Shown: positions 38,937 to 52,258, counted from the stretch's first letter. The stretch: DNA of 64,000 bases from Eledone cirrhosa (GCA_964016885.1 OZ024743.1:159712001-159776000); one strand, 5' to 3'. Numbers and translations are program-made. The notes: generated by a model not told the origin, from the sequence alone.

Positions 38937-39512
38937 GTACAGATTAAAATTCAAGCAAAGCATCGCTGGTTTCACCCTTTATATATAATCCTTATCAAGC
39001 CTTCTTCGAAATTTAGTCGTCACATTTATTATTAATATATATATATATATATACAGAGTGACTGAAGAACTGGTTCCGCGCACGTTTTGTATCACTGTAT
39101 ATTCATTTTCTAACCGAGCAACCTCACATTTAAGGAACGTATGCTGTAAATCTGAACAGAAACATAAGAAGATAGTGGTTGTTTTGGTATGTGGTTCTTC
39201 ATGGTGTGCGTTAAATTTATGCATCAGTCTCAGTAAAGAAAGTGAATAACAAAAGTAAAAATTGGTAAATTGTTGGACCCAAAAACAAGACATGCATACA
39301 TATATCTATACAAGACCTTCTACAGAAAATATTTGTGTAGGTTGTTTCAGCATGAAAACAGGTGTTCATAAATAACTATTTACCTGCGAAGGTGTGAGAA
39401 TATTCTATCCCATATATATATATATATATTTATATATATATGGGATAGAATATTCTCACATATGTATATATCAGATATATATATATTCTCACACACACAC
39501 ACATATATATAT

Positions 39513-39548
<36 letters not shown>

Positions 39549-40870
39549 GCGGTAGTATGTTTGTACGTGTGCTGATAGTTTTTTTAGATATCATTCCTCT
39601 ATAACACGTAGGTGGGAAATGAAGGAAATATATTAAAATTTGATTAAAATTGTAATACAAGAGAAAATGTTTTGCTTCTTTCACTTTACATTTTTTGTTA
39701 GATATCTAATATTCTTATAATAAGATTATATGATCAGACAAAATTGCTGATATCATTTGCAAGATAGTTTAGAAGCTTACTTTCTGAAGAATCAAACTTT
39801 GTATTATTCTAAAGAAAGATAGAAGTGTAGGAAGGAAGGAAGACAGGGCGAAAGAAAGAAGTAGAGTGTGTCCTATAATTTTTGTAATGATTTGATTCAT
39901 ATAACATTTTAGCAAAAATGAAAGACGTCGAATCGGGAGTGCTTAGAGCATCAGATATAATTCATTGCATAATTCGTTCCGCGTCTATGCACTTTGTTCA
40001 AATCCTTTCATGGCCATACAACATTCGGAGTAGGGACATAGTATATCAGGTATTGGGGTTGATTTCCTTTCTTTCACGTGATATCGGTAACATGAAAGAT
40101 GCTAGAGAGATACGTTAACGTTGTGACACCGCCAAATATTTCACTAATTGCCTGGATACTACAATGAAGTTTCAAATATGAACCCATTTTCTTTTAGTTG
40201 TTCTTTGGATCCCGGTAATCCCTGATTGACTACATAAATGATAAATAATTTTCCAACTTTTTGTTTATTTAAGGCTACATTGGCGAACGTTTAAAGTGTG
40301 AATTAAGACAGAATTGGTAGCTGTTTCTAATAGTATAAAGGTTTACTCCTTAGTTAAATCTGTGTTGTTGCTCAGCTTGATGAAAAAATAGCAACTAAAT
40401 TGCTCTCAAATTACACCTCACCTTTTTAAAATTTCTGTCACAATAACTCTATACGAGCGTGATGGTTTTCATTGAATTCTTTTGATAAGCGACTTCTTAA
40501 TTTGGGTTGACGTACTTTTAAACAACAGTAACAAAAGATTTTGAATATAACAAAGAAACAAATGTGGGTTGATGTACGTGAATTCGTCATTGAAATTTAC
40601 TTCAACAATTTCATTAATTAGCAGTGACCATCTTTGAGAAATTGTAATTCCTGTTCTATATTAACAAATGTTAATTTTTCTGTATTAGTTGTAATTATAC
40701 AGGGAATTCGGCCATACAAAATACACAACGGTGAAAGTACAGGATACTAAAAATATGGAAGATTAGAAAGTTGTAAATATATATTTTCACAAAGTTGTTA
40801 ATAGATGGATCATATATATGAATATAATGTAGAACCATTGAAAATTCAAATTATTATAGGTATATTTCTT

Positions 40871-41690
40871 CTATCCCCAGGTATCTGTAGCAGTCCTCAT
40901 CAGATATCGGTGAAACAGGTAGGCCATTGATGATTGGGTTGTTGTTTTTCCCCGCTTTACAGTCATGTATGAGCATTTATCTTGGCCAAACTCCATTCCT
41001 ATATCCTTTGAGAACGTTGTAACCAGGTCAAGATGTGTCTTCATCCCATTCATGTTCTTGGAATATAGTTTCAGATCGTTCACAAAGAAGTTATGGGTTA
41101 TGTTCCTATTTCTGTCCTCCTGTGAGTCAATGATGTATCCTTCACATTTCTTGAGCAGAAAGGACAAGGGGTTTAATGACAAGATGAATAAAATCACAGA
41201 GAGACTGTCCCCCTAAAATATACCCCTGCAATATTTTATTTTATCAGTGAAAATAGAGTCCTCCCTCTCTATATTTAACCTTAGGATAGTAGCCCAAGAA
41301 GACGACAGCCTCTCTAGGGCTCTGACAATAATGTCTGGGACTTTAGCAAGTTGGAGGGCCTCTATCATCCAAGAGTGGGGAACAGAATCGAAAGCTTTCC
41401 TTTAGTCCAACCAGACTGTAGCCATATTCCCCCTAAGTTGTCGCACCTCCGACATCGCAGTTTTGTTGATTAGGAGCTGTTCAGCACATCCCCAAACCCC
41501 TTTCTTTCTAGCTGCTTGTTAATCTGTGATGATGTTATTATTTTCACAGTGATCTTGGAGGAATAGGTTCAGGCAGGCTGTATACATCTTATACATCATG
41601 TTCTGGCATGCAATGGGTCGGTAGTCTTTTGGCAAGTGGGTGTCTTTGTTCTTGGGGACCAGTAATAGTTGTGCTAATGTCAACCATTCT
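40871..41690 (-). mobile_element. R4/Dong-like RT fragment (different subfamily)
   Basis: DYRPIAC, EQLLINK, KAFDSVPHSW, GDSLSVILF and FVNDLKLY. Confidence 0.85.
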
Positions 41691-42188
41691 GGTATAAGTG
41701 TATGTATGTATGTATGTATGTATGTATGTATGTATGTATGTATGTATGTATGTATGTATTGGGAGAGATGACCCCTTAGCCTTTGTCAAGGCAGAATTCT
41801 AGGAGAAGGAAAACTCTGATATAACACCTGCAACCCTGATGGTATCCAATGATGTTGACTTGTTCTTCTTTTTGGTAAATATCATCTTGGTTAAGAGAGT
41901 GGGACTGGCTTTGTGCAGTGCCTTTGCTCACTATAAAAGCTTCACGGCACAGGCATTGCTTTATATCTGGAGATCTCTCTGCGTTTGTCGTCGCATGGTG
42001 CCATGGGCCCAGCACTATGTGTCAATAATTGTCACAAGTGTAGTGTTTGTACCAGAGCTTTCAAGTCGCTTGCTGGACTAAAAAGTCACACTCGTTCGGC
42101 GCATCAGTGGGGGTTCTCCTACATGGATATAAAGTAGTGGCCGTACTCGAAAACGAGTTGGCAGCCACCATGTATGTATGTATGTATG

Positions 42189-42223
<35 letters not shown>

Positions 42224-42349
42224 ACATGTATAATTAAAAGACGTAGCTTCTCGAATAGAATGGATACAGCTTTGGACGTTTCTTCACGCGCTCAATAATC
42301 TAATTAAGTCCGTATTATTAAAAGTTATCCGAAGACAAATACTGGAAAA

Positions 42350-43300
42350 GGAGCCTAGATGCCTAGAAAACTCACAGCACCAGTGCGACCCACAGGATAA
42401 AGTAGGAAGCGTTGGTGGATGAGGAAGTCAGGGCCAGGTATGCAGATACTATTGAATCCAAATTCAGAACATTCCATGAGCAAACCGAAGACCTTGAAAC
42501 ACGGTGGAGTTTGCTTAGCTCAGCAGCTTTTGCTTCAGCTGTTATATGCTACGGACGAAACAGGCTTGTTGTGGTACCGGTTGGTAGGAGGACCACTTGG
42601 TTCAATTAACAGGTCAGAGATGCCCTCCAAGCGAAAAAGGAGGCCTACAAAGCGTGACTTGGAAATAGGTCCTCATTCTTCCACTAGCTGGAATCTGACT
42701 TAATGTCAGTAAATGAAATCTTCTAGTAGACCATCCGCCGACTTCGTAATAAGAAGTCCTCCTCCACATCTTCTATAAAGAATGCGTTTGACATTCTCTT
42801 CAGTAAGGTGACATCTTAGCTTTGGAGAACACGATTACAACATCATCTCCTGCTGTACACGAGGTGCATATCGTAACGGTGCCTAATCTTTCGGAAGCTG
42901 AGTTCACGAGAGAAGATGAAATCCGGTCCGAAATGTTACAAGCTTTAAAGGTGAAAAGGTAATCTTCGGCTGGCTCGGGTGTGCCGGGTGGCCTGGTCTC
43001 TGGAAACGCAACTAAGCAATAGCAATCGGAAATGATAAACCCAATTTTCAAAAAGAGAGACAAGGAAGATTGTTCAAATTACAGAGATATTTCTTTGTTA
43101 AACCTCCTCGGTAAAGAGATGCGGAGAGATTGTCGAGTCCAGGCTAGCTGATAAACAGTGTGGTTTTCGCCACGGACACAGTAAAGCCGACCAAATATTC
43201 ACAGTGCGGCAGGTTTTCGAAAAACGTGGGAGGGGGAGGTCGCCAAGAGGAATATACTTGTTTTGTAAAGTTGAAAAAGTTGAGGAAGGATCTGGTGGGG
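42350..43300 (+). mobile_element. Degenerate RTE LINE fragment
   Basis: PIFKKRDKEDCSNYRDISLLNLLGK and QCGF; similar to 15480-15830. Confidence 0.78.
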
Positions 43301-43619
43301 AATGTTGTGGGAAATGTAGTATTGGATCGACGGTCTTGCTGTGCTGATGTCTCTATGCGAATGCTTCAGTATTTGTGTTTGGAAAAATGTGGAAATAACT
43401 CAGAGATGTAAATTTGACATAGCAAAGTAGTTGTAAACGAGTTGGTATTTCGGCAATGTAGCAGATAGATGGTATTATATGGTGGTATATAATATATGGA
43501 GTTGAGTTGTATAATATGTATACTCTATTATGTAAGTGTGGAAAAAGAAAATATAATAAGAAATTATATAATTATATATATATTATATATATGTTTGAAA
43601 ATCAGTTTAATTCTTTCAG

Positions 43620-43965
43620 TTTTTCTACTAAGCAATGATTTAGTTCTTGAGGTGGAGGCATCCTCTAAAATATCGTTCAAATTATTATTGGTCGGAGACA
43701 ACAAACCTTGTAATATTCTAACTTTCTCACTAAGACAGAGACATCTCTTGGTACCATTTGCGTAATGTTTGGAGATTTCAAATACCTTGCAATTCATCTT
43801 ATCTGATACTCGCATCTCCCTTAATTGATTTCCAGACGTTTTTGTCAGGTCCGTGCTGGTTTTCAAATCAGGATTCCAGAAGGAGTGGAGATGCGAGTAA
43901 AAACATTTTTTGAATCGATCTTGCAACATACCGACATATTTTCACTAATTTCAGAATTTTCTGTG
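43620..43965 (-). mobile_element. PLE GIY-YIG C-terminal fragment
   Basis: FKKCFYSHLHSF...STDL...RCLCLSEK, as in the 12100-12320 region. Confidence 0.7.
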
Positions 43966-44019
43966 GCATTAGGGTTAGGGCTAGAGTTAGATCCCCTCTA
44001 TGGTGATTTCAATGTTTGC

Positions 44020-44830
44020 AGTATCTGTAGTGTATAGCATAAGATGTACTGAAGGACAATGTAGAAACAAAAATATAGTGTACATAGGTGAGACAGCTCG
44101 TCGTATAGGGGAACGAATAAATGAAAACTGGCGAGACCTCCAAGATAATAAAGAATCATCTGTGCTCTACCAACATGCTAAGATAGAACACAGGGGTAGA
44201 TTAGAGAACATAGAAATAAAAATAGAATCCACACACAGAAAAGACGCAATGTTTAGGCAAATTACAGAGGCAGTAAGCATAAAAGAATTAAAACCAAAAT
44301 TAAATAGAAAATATGAGTGGAACAGCAACATCACAACTTACAATTAAGGACAAAATGAAAACACACACAGGACAAAATGAAAACACACACACACATAGAA
44401 CAAACAACCAACCAACAATAAATAAATAAATAAACAAATAGTTAAATGAACACAAACACACACAGACACCCGGATGTGGCGCATGCGCAAACTGAGCACA
44501 CAACACACACACAGAAACAAAATGGCGTAGGATAGAAGAAAGGAAAGGCACAGAAACAAAGAAAGGAATCTCCAGTCACTGAAGAGGTCACAGAGTGTGT
44601 GACGAAAGGACTATGACTATATATAAACAACTATCTGGTTGTGGAACCAACCAACCAACCAGAAATTTATAGGTTTGTAAATTTGTAAATTTATAAATAT
44701 ATAATAAATTGAAGTGAAAGCAACTGGTGCGTGTGTTTCTTATTGGCAACATGACCCTCCCAAAGTATAACAATATCGGTTTCAACACACGATTTCATAT
44801 AAAGAATCTTGCTAAACAAATTCAGAAACG
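44020..44830 (+). mobile_element. PLE 3' end: GIY-YIG endonuclease plus pseudo-LTR with HHR
   Basis: VVYSIRC...C...YIGETARRIGERINE...RQITEA...PKLNR; ends at (TA)n. Confidence 0.88.
44574..44618 (+). ncRNA. Minimal type I hammerhead ribozyme
   Basis: agtca-CTGAAGA-g-gtcac agagtgt gtgac-GAAA-ggac-TA-tgact. Confidence 0.82.
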
Positions 44831-44882
<52 letters not shown>

Positions 44883-45336
44883 GGCGGCGATGAATTTATT
44901 TAGCAAGGATTTTGATATGAAATCGTGTCGAAACAAATATTGTTATAATTGGGGAGGGTCATATTGTCGTGCTAATATTCTCAGAAATAATAACAGAACA
45001 CACTCACTGTTTGGTTGGTTTTTCGCTTCTGTATCTTTTATATCTCCATATTTAATTTATTTGGCAATCAACGTTTATCATTGATTGACCAACGGTTACA
45101 ATTACAGATAGAAATATATATATATATATATAGTCTATCAAAGTTCTTTCGTTTCACATCTGCAACATCATCAGTGGTACTATTATGTTTCCTCGTCTTT
45201 TATTGTAAGTCTACGCCATTTTTATTACAAATAATCTATACATTACAGGCCTAGAAATTCCAGAGTTAGAGCGAAATATGTTGTAAAAAAAAAAAGCATT
45301 CAAATGTTGGTCGCCTTTATATGTACACACACCCAC

Positions 45337-45423
<87 letters not shown>

Positions 45424-45426
<3 letters not shown>

Positions 45427-46211
45427 GCCGAGGACGGTTGGAGGGTCACTGATGAAGGACTCAGTTTTTCATATGTATCCCATTTGCAACGCCGCAGCTC
45501 CATTATTATCATCATATTTACACATATAATTTTTCCATGCTGCCTTCGTCTGTTTCGTTCCTTGTATCTTTACCACTTCTAACAGTCTCCCTCTCTGTTA
45601 CTCTCTCCTCAACTTTCACTCACTCATTCTCTGTCACTACCTCTCCTCCTCCTCTTTCCTCCTCCTCCTTCAAGTTTGACCTGTGTGTAATTCTTTTCTC
45701 GCGCAGTCTTGACCGAGCTGGTATGGAATTTTTTTCTCTCTCTCTTTCGTCTGCGACTTCACAAAACTTGCGTTTACCGAATTCGTAGACCAGACCCCCT
45801 TATCTTCTTCTTCTTCTTCTTCTTCTTCTTCTTCTTCTTCTTCTTCTTCTTCTTCTTCTTCTTCTTCTTCTTCTTCCTCTTCTCTCCTTTTTCTTTCTCT
45901 CTCTCTCTCTTTTTTCCCCCCCGTCAAACTTGGGCGAAATTCTTTCCTTGCTCACATTTCTACCAGGTTCGATGGTCTTTCGTCTCTTGTTCACGATTTC
46001 ACAGAGTTTATATTCATAGAGATCTGGGACTTGTCTATTTCTACTCACTTTCCGTTGCTTAAACCCTTTTGTTGTTACTCTAGCGTCCCCCTTTTTTTAC
46101 GTGTCCCAACGACTTTTTTTTAGCCGTTGTTCGCACCAACCTGAGGCATATGACCCTTAAAGCGATGAAATGCCGAAAACGGTTGGAGGGTCACTGATGA
46201 AGGACTCACTT

Positions 46212-46218
<7 letters not shown>
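45424..46218 (+). mobile_element. Non-coding ~745-bp unit with ~50-bp terminal direct repeat, inside (TA)n
   Basis: 45424-45473 repeated at 46169-46218; internal (TTC)n at 45803-45875; homologous to 3641-4250. Confidence 0.7.
46103..46205 (+). ncRNA. Conserved pseudoknotted RNA with permuted hammerhead-like core (copy B)
   Basis: gtcc-hairpin-tcgc-a-ccaacc-tga-ggcaT-A-tgaccc-ttaaagcgat-GAAA-tgcc-gaaaac-ggttgg-a-gggtca-CTGATGA-aggac. Confidence 0.6.
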
Positions 46219-46270
<52 letters not shown>

Positions 46271-46568
46271 TGTATATGAATGAAAATTGCATCTCATTTT
46301 ATTCAGAATACGTCGTAATACATATTTCTCGCATATTTGATATTGCGTAATGCGCTTATTACGCGATCACCCTCTGTATTTAGTATACGGCTGGCTAAAT
46401 GTTCTCCCATAACAAGCCCACCATAAAACCTTTTAGTCCCTCCCGCTTAGCGGTTATTGTGACATTTTCCCTGTGAGATTTATTTGGCACTAACATTTTC
46501 TCACATACTGGAATCAATGTTTAAATCTTCTTGAGGTCTAGGTAAGCGGGTGTTTGTATATATGTATA

Positions 46569-46609
<41 letters not shown>

Positions 46610-46659
46610 TTTATTTTACAGAATGAAAAATAACCGAGGTGTCCTACACGAGTGAAAGT

Positions 46660-46910
<251 letters not shown>

Positions 46911-46911
46911 C

Positions 46912-47020
<109 letters not shown>

Positions 47021-47106
47021 GATGTTATATTTAATTTGTTGGGATACAACAAGCAAAATATTGTTATAACTGATATGAAGCACTCAACAAATTATTGGAG
47101 TAAATA

Positions 47107-47396
47107 TACAATAGGTTAACAAATGGAAACTATATTTATAAAACCATATTTATTTCATTATACATATTTCAAGGGCCACCAATCCAAATTATGGTGCGCT
47201 TTCATCAGATAAAATATAATATAGGTTAGGCTTATTGCTTTTTTTCAGAGTATGTCAATATTTATTTATAAAACTAACCTATATTATATTTTATCTGATG
47301 ACAGCGCACCATAATTTGCCTTGGTGGCCCTTGAAATATGTATAATGAAATAAATATGGTTTTACAAATATATTTTCCATTTGTTAATATATTGTA
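47107..47396. repeat. ~290-bp inverted-repeat cassette with two divergent hammerheads (47151-47216 minus, 47287-47352 plus)
   Basis: ~125-bp arms, each with CTGATGA...GAAA-tatgta-TA. Confidence 0.85.
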
Positions 47397-47399
47397 TTA

Positions 47400-47697
47400 T
47401 TGAGGATGAAAAACTCAGAGCTGTATGGGAGCATCCCAAAAGTCAGCTCAAAAGTGACACAGAGGAGACTGAGGTTGGCTGGACATGCTCACCGACATCC
47501 AGAGTTGACATTGCACTCAGTTCTCCTTTGGGAGCCCCTACATGGACACACTAGAAGAGGAAGACCAAGGTTAACGTATGTTGATGCCCTAAGGACAGAC
47601 ACTGGTCTGTTGGAGATGCAGGACATGGCAGCGATAATGAGGGACAGAGACCGCTGGAGAGAACTCGTCCATGGATCTCGGGAATTTTACCCGCCTT

Positions 47698-47699
<2 letters not shown>
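47400..47699 (+). mobile_element. RTE-group LINE, extreme 3' fragment
   Basis: RRLRLAGHAHRH...LLWEP..G.TRRGRP..TY.D....DTGL...DRDRWR. Confidence 0.85.
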
Positions 47700-47732
<33 letters not shown>

Positions 47733-48095
47733 GATAGTTTCGAGGGATAGATGTAGAAATTCATAACACATTTTATTCATGATTGCGTATTGCAGTTATC
47801 AGGCAACCACAAACACGACTCCACCTGACAACATCCTTAGTAATGAGCTTATTTTGTAATGAGCTTATTCCTGCCACAAGGCTCCCATGTTAAATCATAC
47901 TCCCTTTCACAGTTGTTGAGACATTTCCCACTTGAATTTTGTTTAAGTCCTCTTGACACCTTTGACATTGAATGGTTTCCTTCCCATATTGTGTCATGTT
48001 TCCAACATCGTGAAAGTCAACGATGGGAGATTAGCTTTAAAGATAACGAATCTAATGCTCACACACACACATACACACACACACAACCACACATA

Positions 48096-48129
<34 letters not shown>

Positions 48130-49024
48130 TGTGTGCGCGTGTGTGTGTGTGTCGGGGAGAGCAAGTATGATAAAAATTATTTAATTAAATAGATAATTTG
48201 ATGTTTTATATTTTCCGATTAAAGAAAGTAAGAAAATGTATTACGCCGGAAAAAAATATACACTACATTAAATATAATTTCTAACAGTTTTCCCTTACTA
48301 ATAGAATTTTATGTATTTTATTTCATTCATCTTCTCATGTATTACTAAAAATATTTCTCCTTTTCTTTATGACATCAACAAAGCATGGTCTCTTCAAGGC
48401 ATGACATTATTTTAGAAACAATTTCTCACACATTTTTCCTGTTCTTTATTCTCTATTTTTTCTTTGTCCTTTACTTCATTGTTTATTAATATAAATAGAA
48501 TTTCATATGAAATTCTCCGCATGACGTTAGTTGATTTATTTTGTTTCACTTTCGATATTGAGAAAGTTATTGTTCAATTTGTTAGAAAGGTATGAAATCT
48601 ATTTTCGGCATGTCAAATGGAATTTAATTGTTTCTCTTCCTTAGTTTCACAACGCACTATTCTAGATTAATGTCTTTTTTTTTCTGACCGATGATGGTAT
48701 CAAACCAAAACATGCCCACAATAATTAACTTGCATTTCTTTCTTCGACATTCAAGAGATTCTGTCAATCTAGAGCACAGCGTGTAATGTTTTTCTTATTT
48801 TATTCTTAATTTAAACCCATAGTCACGCATTGTGAGGAAGTTTATAGTCAATTATGTTGAAATTCTTAAAATGATTGGTACTTAATTTTATCAATGTTGT
48901 AATTATAGGTTTCAAAAATGGAAGCAAGAAATTCAAGGGAATCGGCTAAAGGGAACTGTATCCGAATCTGCCAAAATATATCACTACTACTACTTAGCGT
49001 CCTATAGATGGTTAGTGGATGGTA

Positions 49025-49305
49025 TGAGTGACGACAACTTTGGGCGTTGACGAGAATCTACTAGCCACTCTTTTCCAGAGGACTTTCTGTCCAGATCCCA
49101 TGGACAACTTCCAGATACCCCTGGCCTGGCAATCCTACCGAGGAACTTTGCCAATTCGAGATAAATTATACAGGCAAGGAGGTGCTATCAGCCGGGACTG
49201 TTCAACGTGCGCGCATGGTGACAAAATCCTCCTGCATGCACTCGTCGAGGGTCTGAGTATTGCTGTCCTGTGGGTATATGTCATGCATATGCTGTCACGT
49301 GTTAG
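49025..49305 (+). mobile_element. Tx1 ORF2 C-terminal fragment
   Basis: Homologous to 57270-57560 (PMDNFQ, RDKLYR, LHALV). Confidence 0.85.
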
Positions 49306-49321
49306 ACCTGTAATGTATTTG

Positions 49322-52254
49322 TATTGACAGAATCTTCCTTAGAATATGGGCAGTTCCCATTAGTACTATCTTTTGTATTTCTTCTATACGCGGGTTTCCT
49401 GGGATTTGCGATAAGTAATCATTAGACCTCTTAGGTATCATTCATAGAGTGCCTACAACCACTGGTATTGTTTTAGTTCTCAATTTCCACATTTTTCCAA
49501 TTTCTATCTCCAGGTCTTTATACTTGTAAAATTGTTCAAATGCTTTTATAGATACATTCTTGTCTATTGGAACGGACATATCAATTAGAAGGCATACCCT
49601 CTTTTTAAAGTCCTTCAGTATTATATCAGGTCTATTTGCATCTATTTTTCGGTCTGTTTGGATGCTAAATTTCCACAAGATTGAGATGTGATCTTTTTCA
49701 AGTACAGGAGGTGGTTAATGCTCCCACCAATTCTTTTTATGGGGCAGGTCAAAATGGGCACACAATGTATGTATTGTCCAGCTCTGTCATGCCTGTGTAG
49801 GTATTCGGTTGGAGCTATAGGACTACATATTGAAATTATATAATCAATGGTCTCTGGTTGTTTTTAACATACACGGCATAATGAGTTGCATGCATTATTT
49901 ATTATGTTGGATTGATCATTTTTTGGTGGCAGACACTGACCTTTTGCTGATATAATCAGCCATTCAGTCTCCGATTTCAGTCCAGAGGATGCCAACCACT
50001 GATAGGCTAAAGTTTTGTCAACATCAGGATTGTTAGCTCTTTCTGGGTATTTTCCATACAGAGGCTTTTCTTGCCATTTCTTAGCCAGTTTCTGTCGCAG
50101 TTCTTTCTTTGCAGTTACTTTTACCTGCTTTGCTTTTTCTGTGTTTTTCAATTCAGCAGTAAATGGGACTTCTAAAATTTGTAGTCCATTACTGTATCTT
50201 TGTGCATCCTTCGTAATGGAATATGATCTTTTGATGCTTTCGTGTTTCAAAACGAGTTTGATCATCCAATCATGTGATTCCCTTAGATATGTAGATAATC
50301 CAATTGTTGCAGTTTTCAACGCAATATCTAACTTGATTAACCCACGTCCTCCTTCTTTCCTAGGGAGATATATTCTATCTGTATCTGCCTTAGGGTGATG
50401 CATTCTGTGCATGGTTAAGAATTTTCTAATTTTTGTATCGAGCCTACGGATCTCTGTGCTTGACCAGTTGATGACATTGTAACTGTAGGTTACAATGGTC
50501 TGTAATTTTTGGGATTGTCTGTCTCATTATTCTTCGGAAGCAGGAATGTAATGCCGTTAAATAGCCATGATTGTATTTTTTCTGGCTCCTTAACTATTTC
50601 ATTGTAAAGTAGCTCTAACAGCTCATGAGACTCTGTGAAGGCATTTATCCAAAAATTTGGTATTTTGTCTTTTCCTGGGGATTTCCATTTGCTGTTTTTT
50701 CTAAGAGCCAAACGCAACTGTTCAACTGTTATATTTTCCCATATTTGTTCCTCAAGGTGAGCTGTATCTTTCATTTGTCTGTCTATCCATGGGGCATGTA
50801 TGTTATGAACTTTTTCTTCGGCCCAGATCTTTTCCCAGAATTCTTGCACTTCCTCCTTGGGTGGTATTGATTTAGCAGTTATTGTGGACTTGCCAATTTT
50901 TCTGTAGAAGTTTCTTTGATTGTTTTTGAACATATTATTGTCCTTATAGAATCTAGATCGTTTTTCAAAGCGCCTTATACGAGCAGCTTTGGCCGACACT
51001 TTTTACTTGATTATTTCTATCAGCATGTCTATGTCACTTGTTGATTTTATACTGTATTTTCTTTTCAATTTTCTAGGTTTAGTTTGTTTAGCATGTTTCA
51101 CCTACTTTGTAGTTTGTAAAAATGTCTATGTCAGATCGGAGAAGGTTTATTTGGCGATTGATGTTCTCTCGCCAAGTAGATTTCTTGTGGGAATTCCTTT
51201 GTTTTTTCATTTTCACTCTACATAAGTGAGTGGTGACTTTAGCCAATGCATAATAGATATGATTTAAATCAGTAATGTTTAGTTTGTTTGTGATGATAAG
51301 ATTTTTGAGAATTAAGTTAGTCTTGTGTATTATCTTTTGGTTCTGTTTGAGGTTCTGGATCTTAGGGAGGGTGTCTCGTTCCCCCATGTCAGATTCTTTC
51401 ATTTTCATCCATTCGATCAAAATTTCATCCTTCAAGTTGGCAAGTTCATTCTCATTCATTTCTTTATCATTTACAATCTCATTGTTTTCATTTTTTAGTT
51501 TCATCTTGATCATGCATTCCCTCCACTTTTTCGATGCTTTCTTTAATTTGTTCTTTAAGTTGTCAGTTGTCAGTGATTCCGCCCCAACCCTCGGATTCGA
51601 AGAGTTAAATTTTCCTCGTTTTCACTGACACATGTTTCATTTTCCCTTCGCTGACTTTGTGCTAATAGCTTGATCTGATCAATTTCTATATCAGTTAGTA
51701 ACTTTTTTTTTACAATAGTTCTTCGTATATTGGCTAGTTTGTTAGTGTCAATATAGCCTCTGTTTTCGGGATGTTTCTTTTTACAGTTGATATATGTCTG
51801 TTCTGTATTCGATATATTTGATGGGTAGTACATGGCAGTGTAGAAAGCCTCAAGGACTTCTTTATTGTCTTCACTTGACCATTCTTTTCTCTTTTTCATT
51901 GGATTTTTTGGTGGTGAGCAAGGAGGGCCAACAGTAGGAGTATTCCGGTTATGGGAGCTCTCCATCTCCGAAGTGATGGGAAGGTTTGAACAATTAGCTG
52001 ATTTTTCGACCCCAGTCTGGTTCCTCGCTGAGGGACGCGGCGCTTTTTGACCCGGGTGACGGCCGATCCGGTATGAGATTTTATCATTTGACTTTTACTT
52101 TATTTTGTCGCGTTTTATCCTTAACCGCCAAGGGGTAATCATTTCCTGTTACCACATCTAGGACGAATTGTCAACCAAAACTATAGGGGTCGTCCTCCTC
52201 TAGAGACACGGTTATTCCCCGCCGGCCGCCATCCCGATATTTCTTAGTCACGTA

Positions 52255-52258
<4 letters not shown>
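49322..52258 (-). mobile_element. R4/Dong element with intact 5' end but RT core deleted
   Basis: Highly similar to 21940-24630; NYRP is joined directly to post-RT sequence near 50490; (TAA)n at the 5' flank. Confidence 0.92.

Noticed and set aside
39778-39826. CTGAAGA...GAAA-ga-TA with a 5-bp stem I
   Set aside because: No stem II; plausible by chance in AT-rich DNA.
46136-46186. Reading motif B as an ordinary type I HHR (ccaac-CTGA-ggcat...atgcc-GAAA)
   Set aside because: The core is incomplete, and that GAAA is not conserved in copy A (aatgat), whereas the upstream GAAA and downstream CUGANGA are.
52090-52258. HDV-like ribozyme at the Dong 5' end
   Set aside because: I could not build the nested double pseudoknot by eye; it needs a descriptor search.
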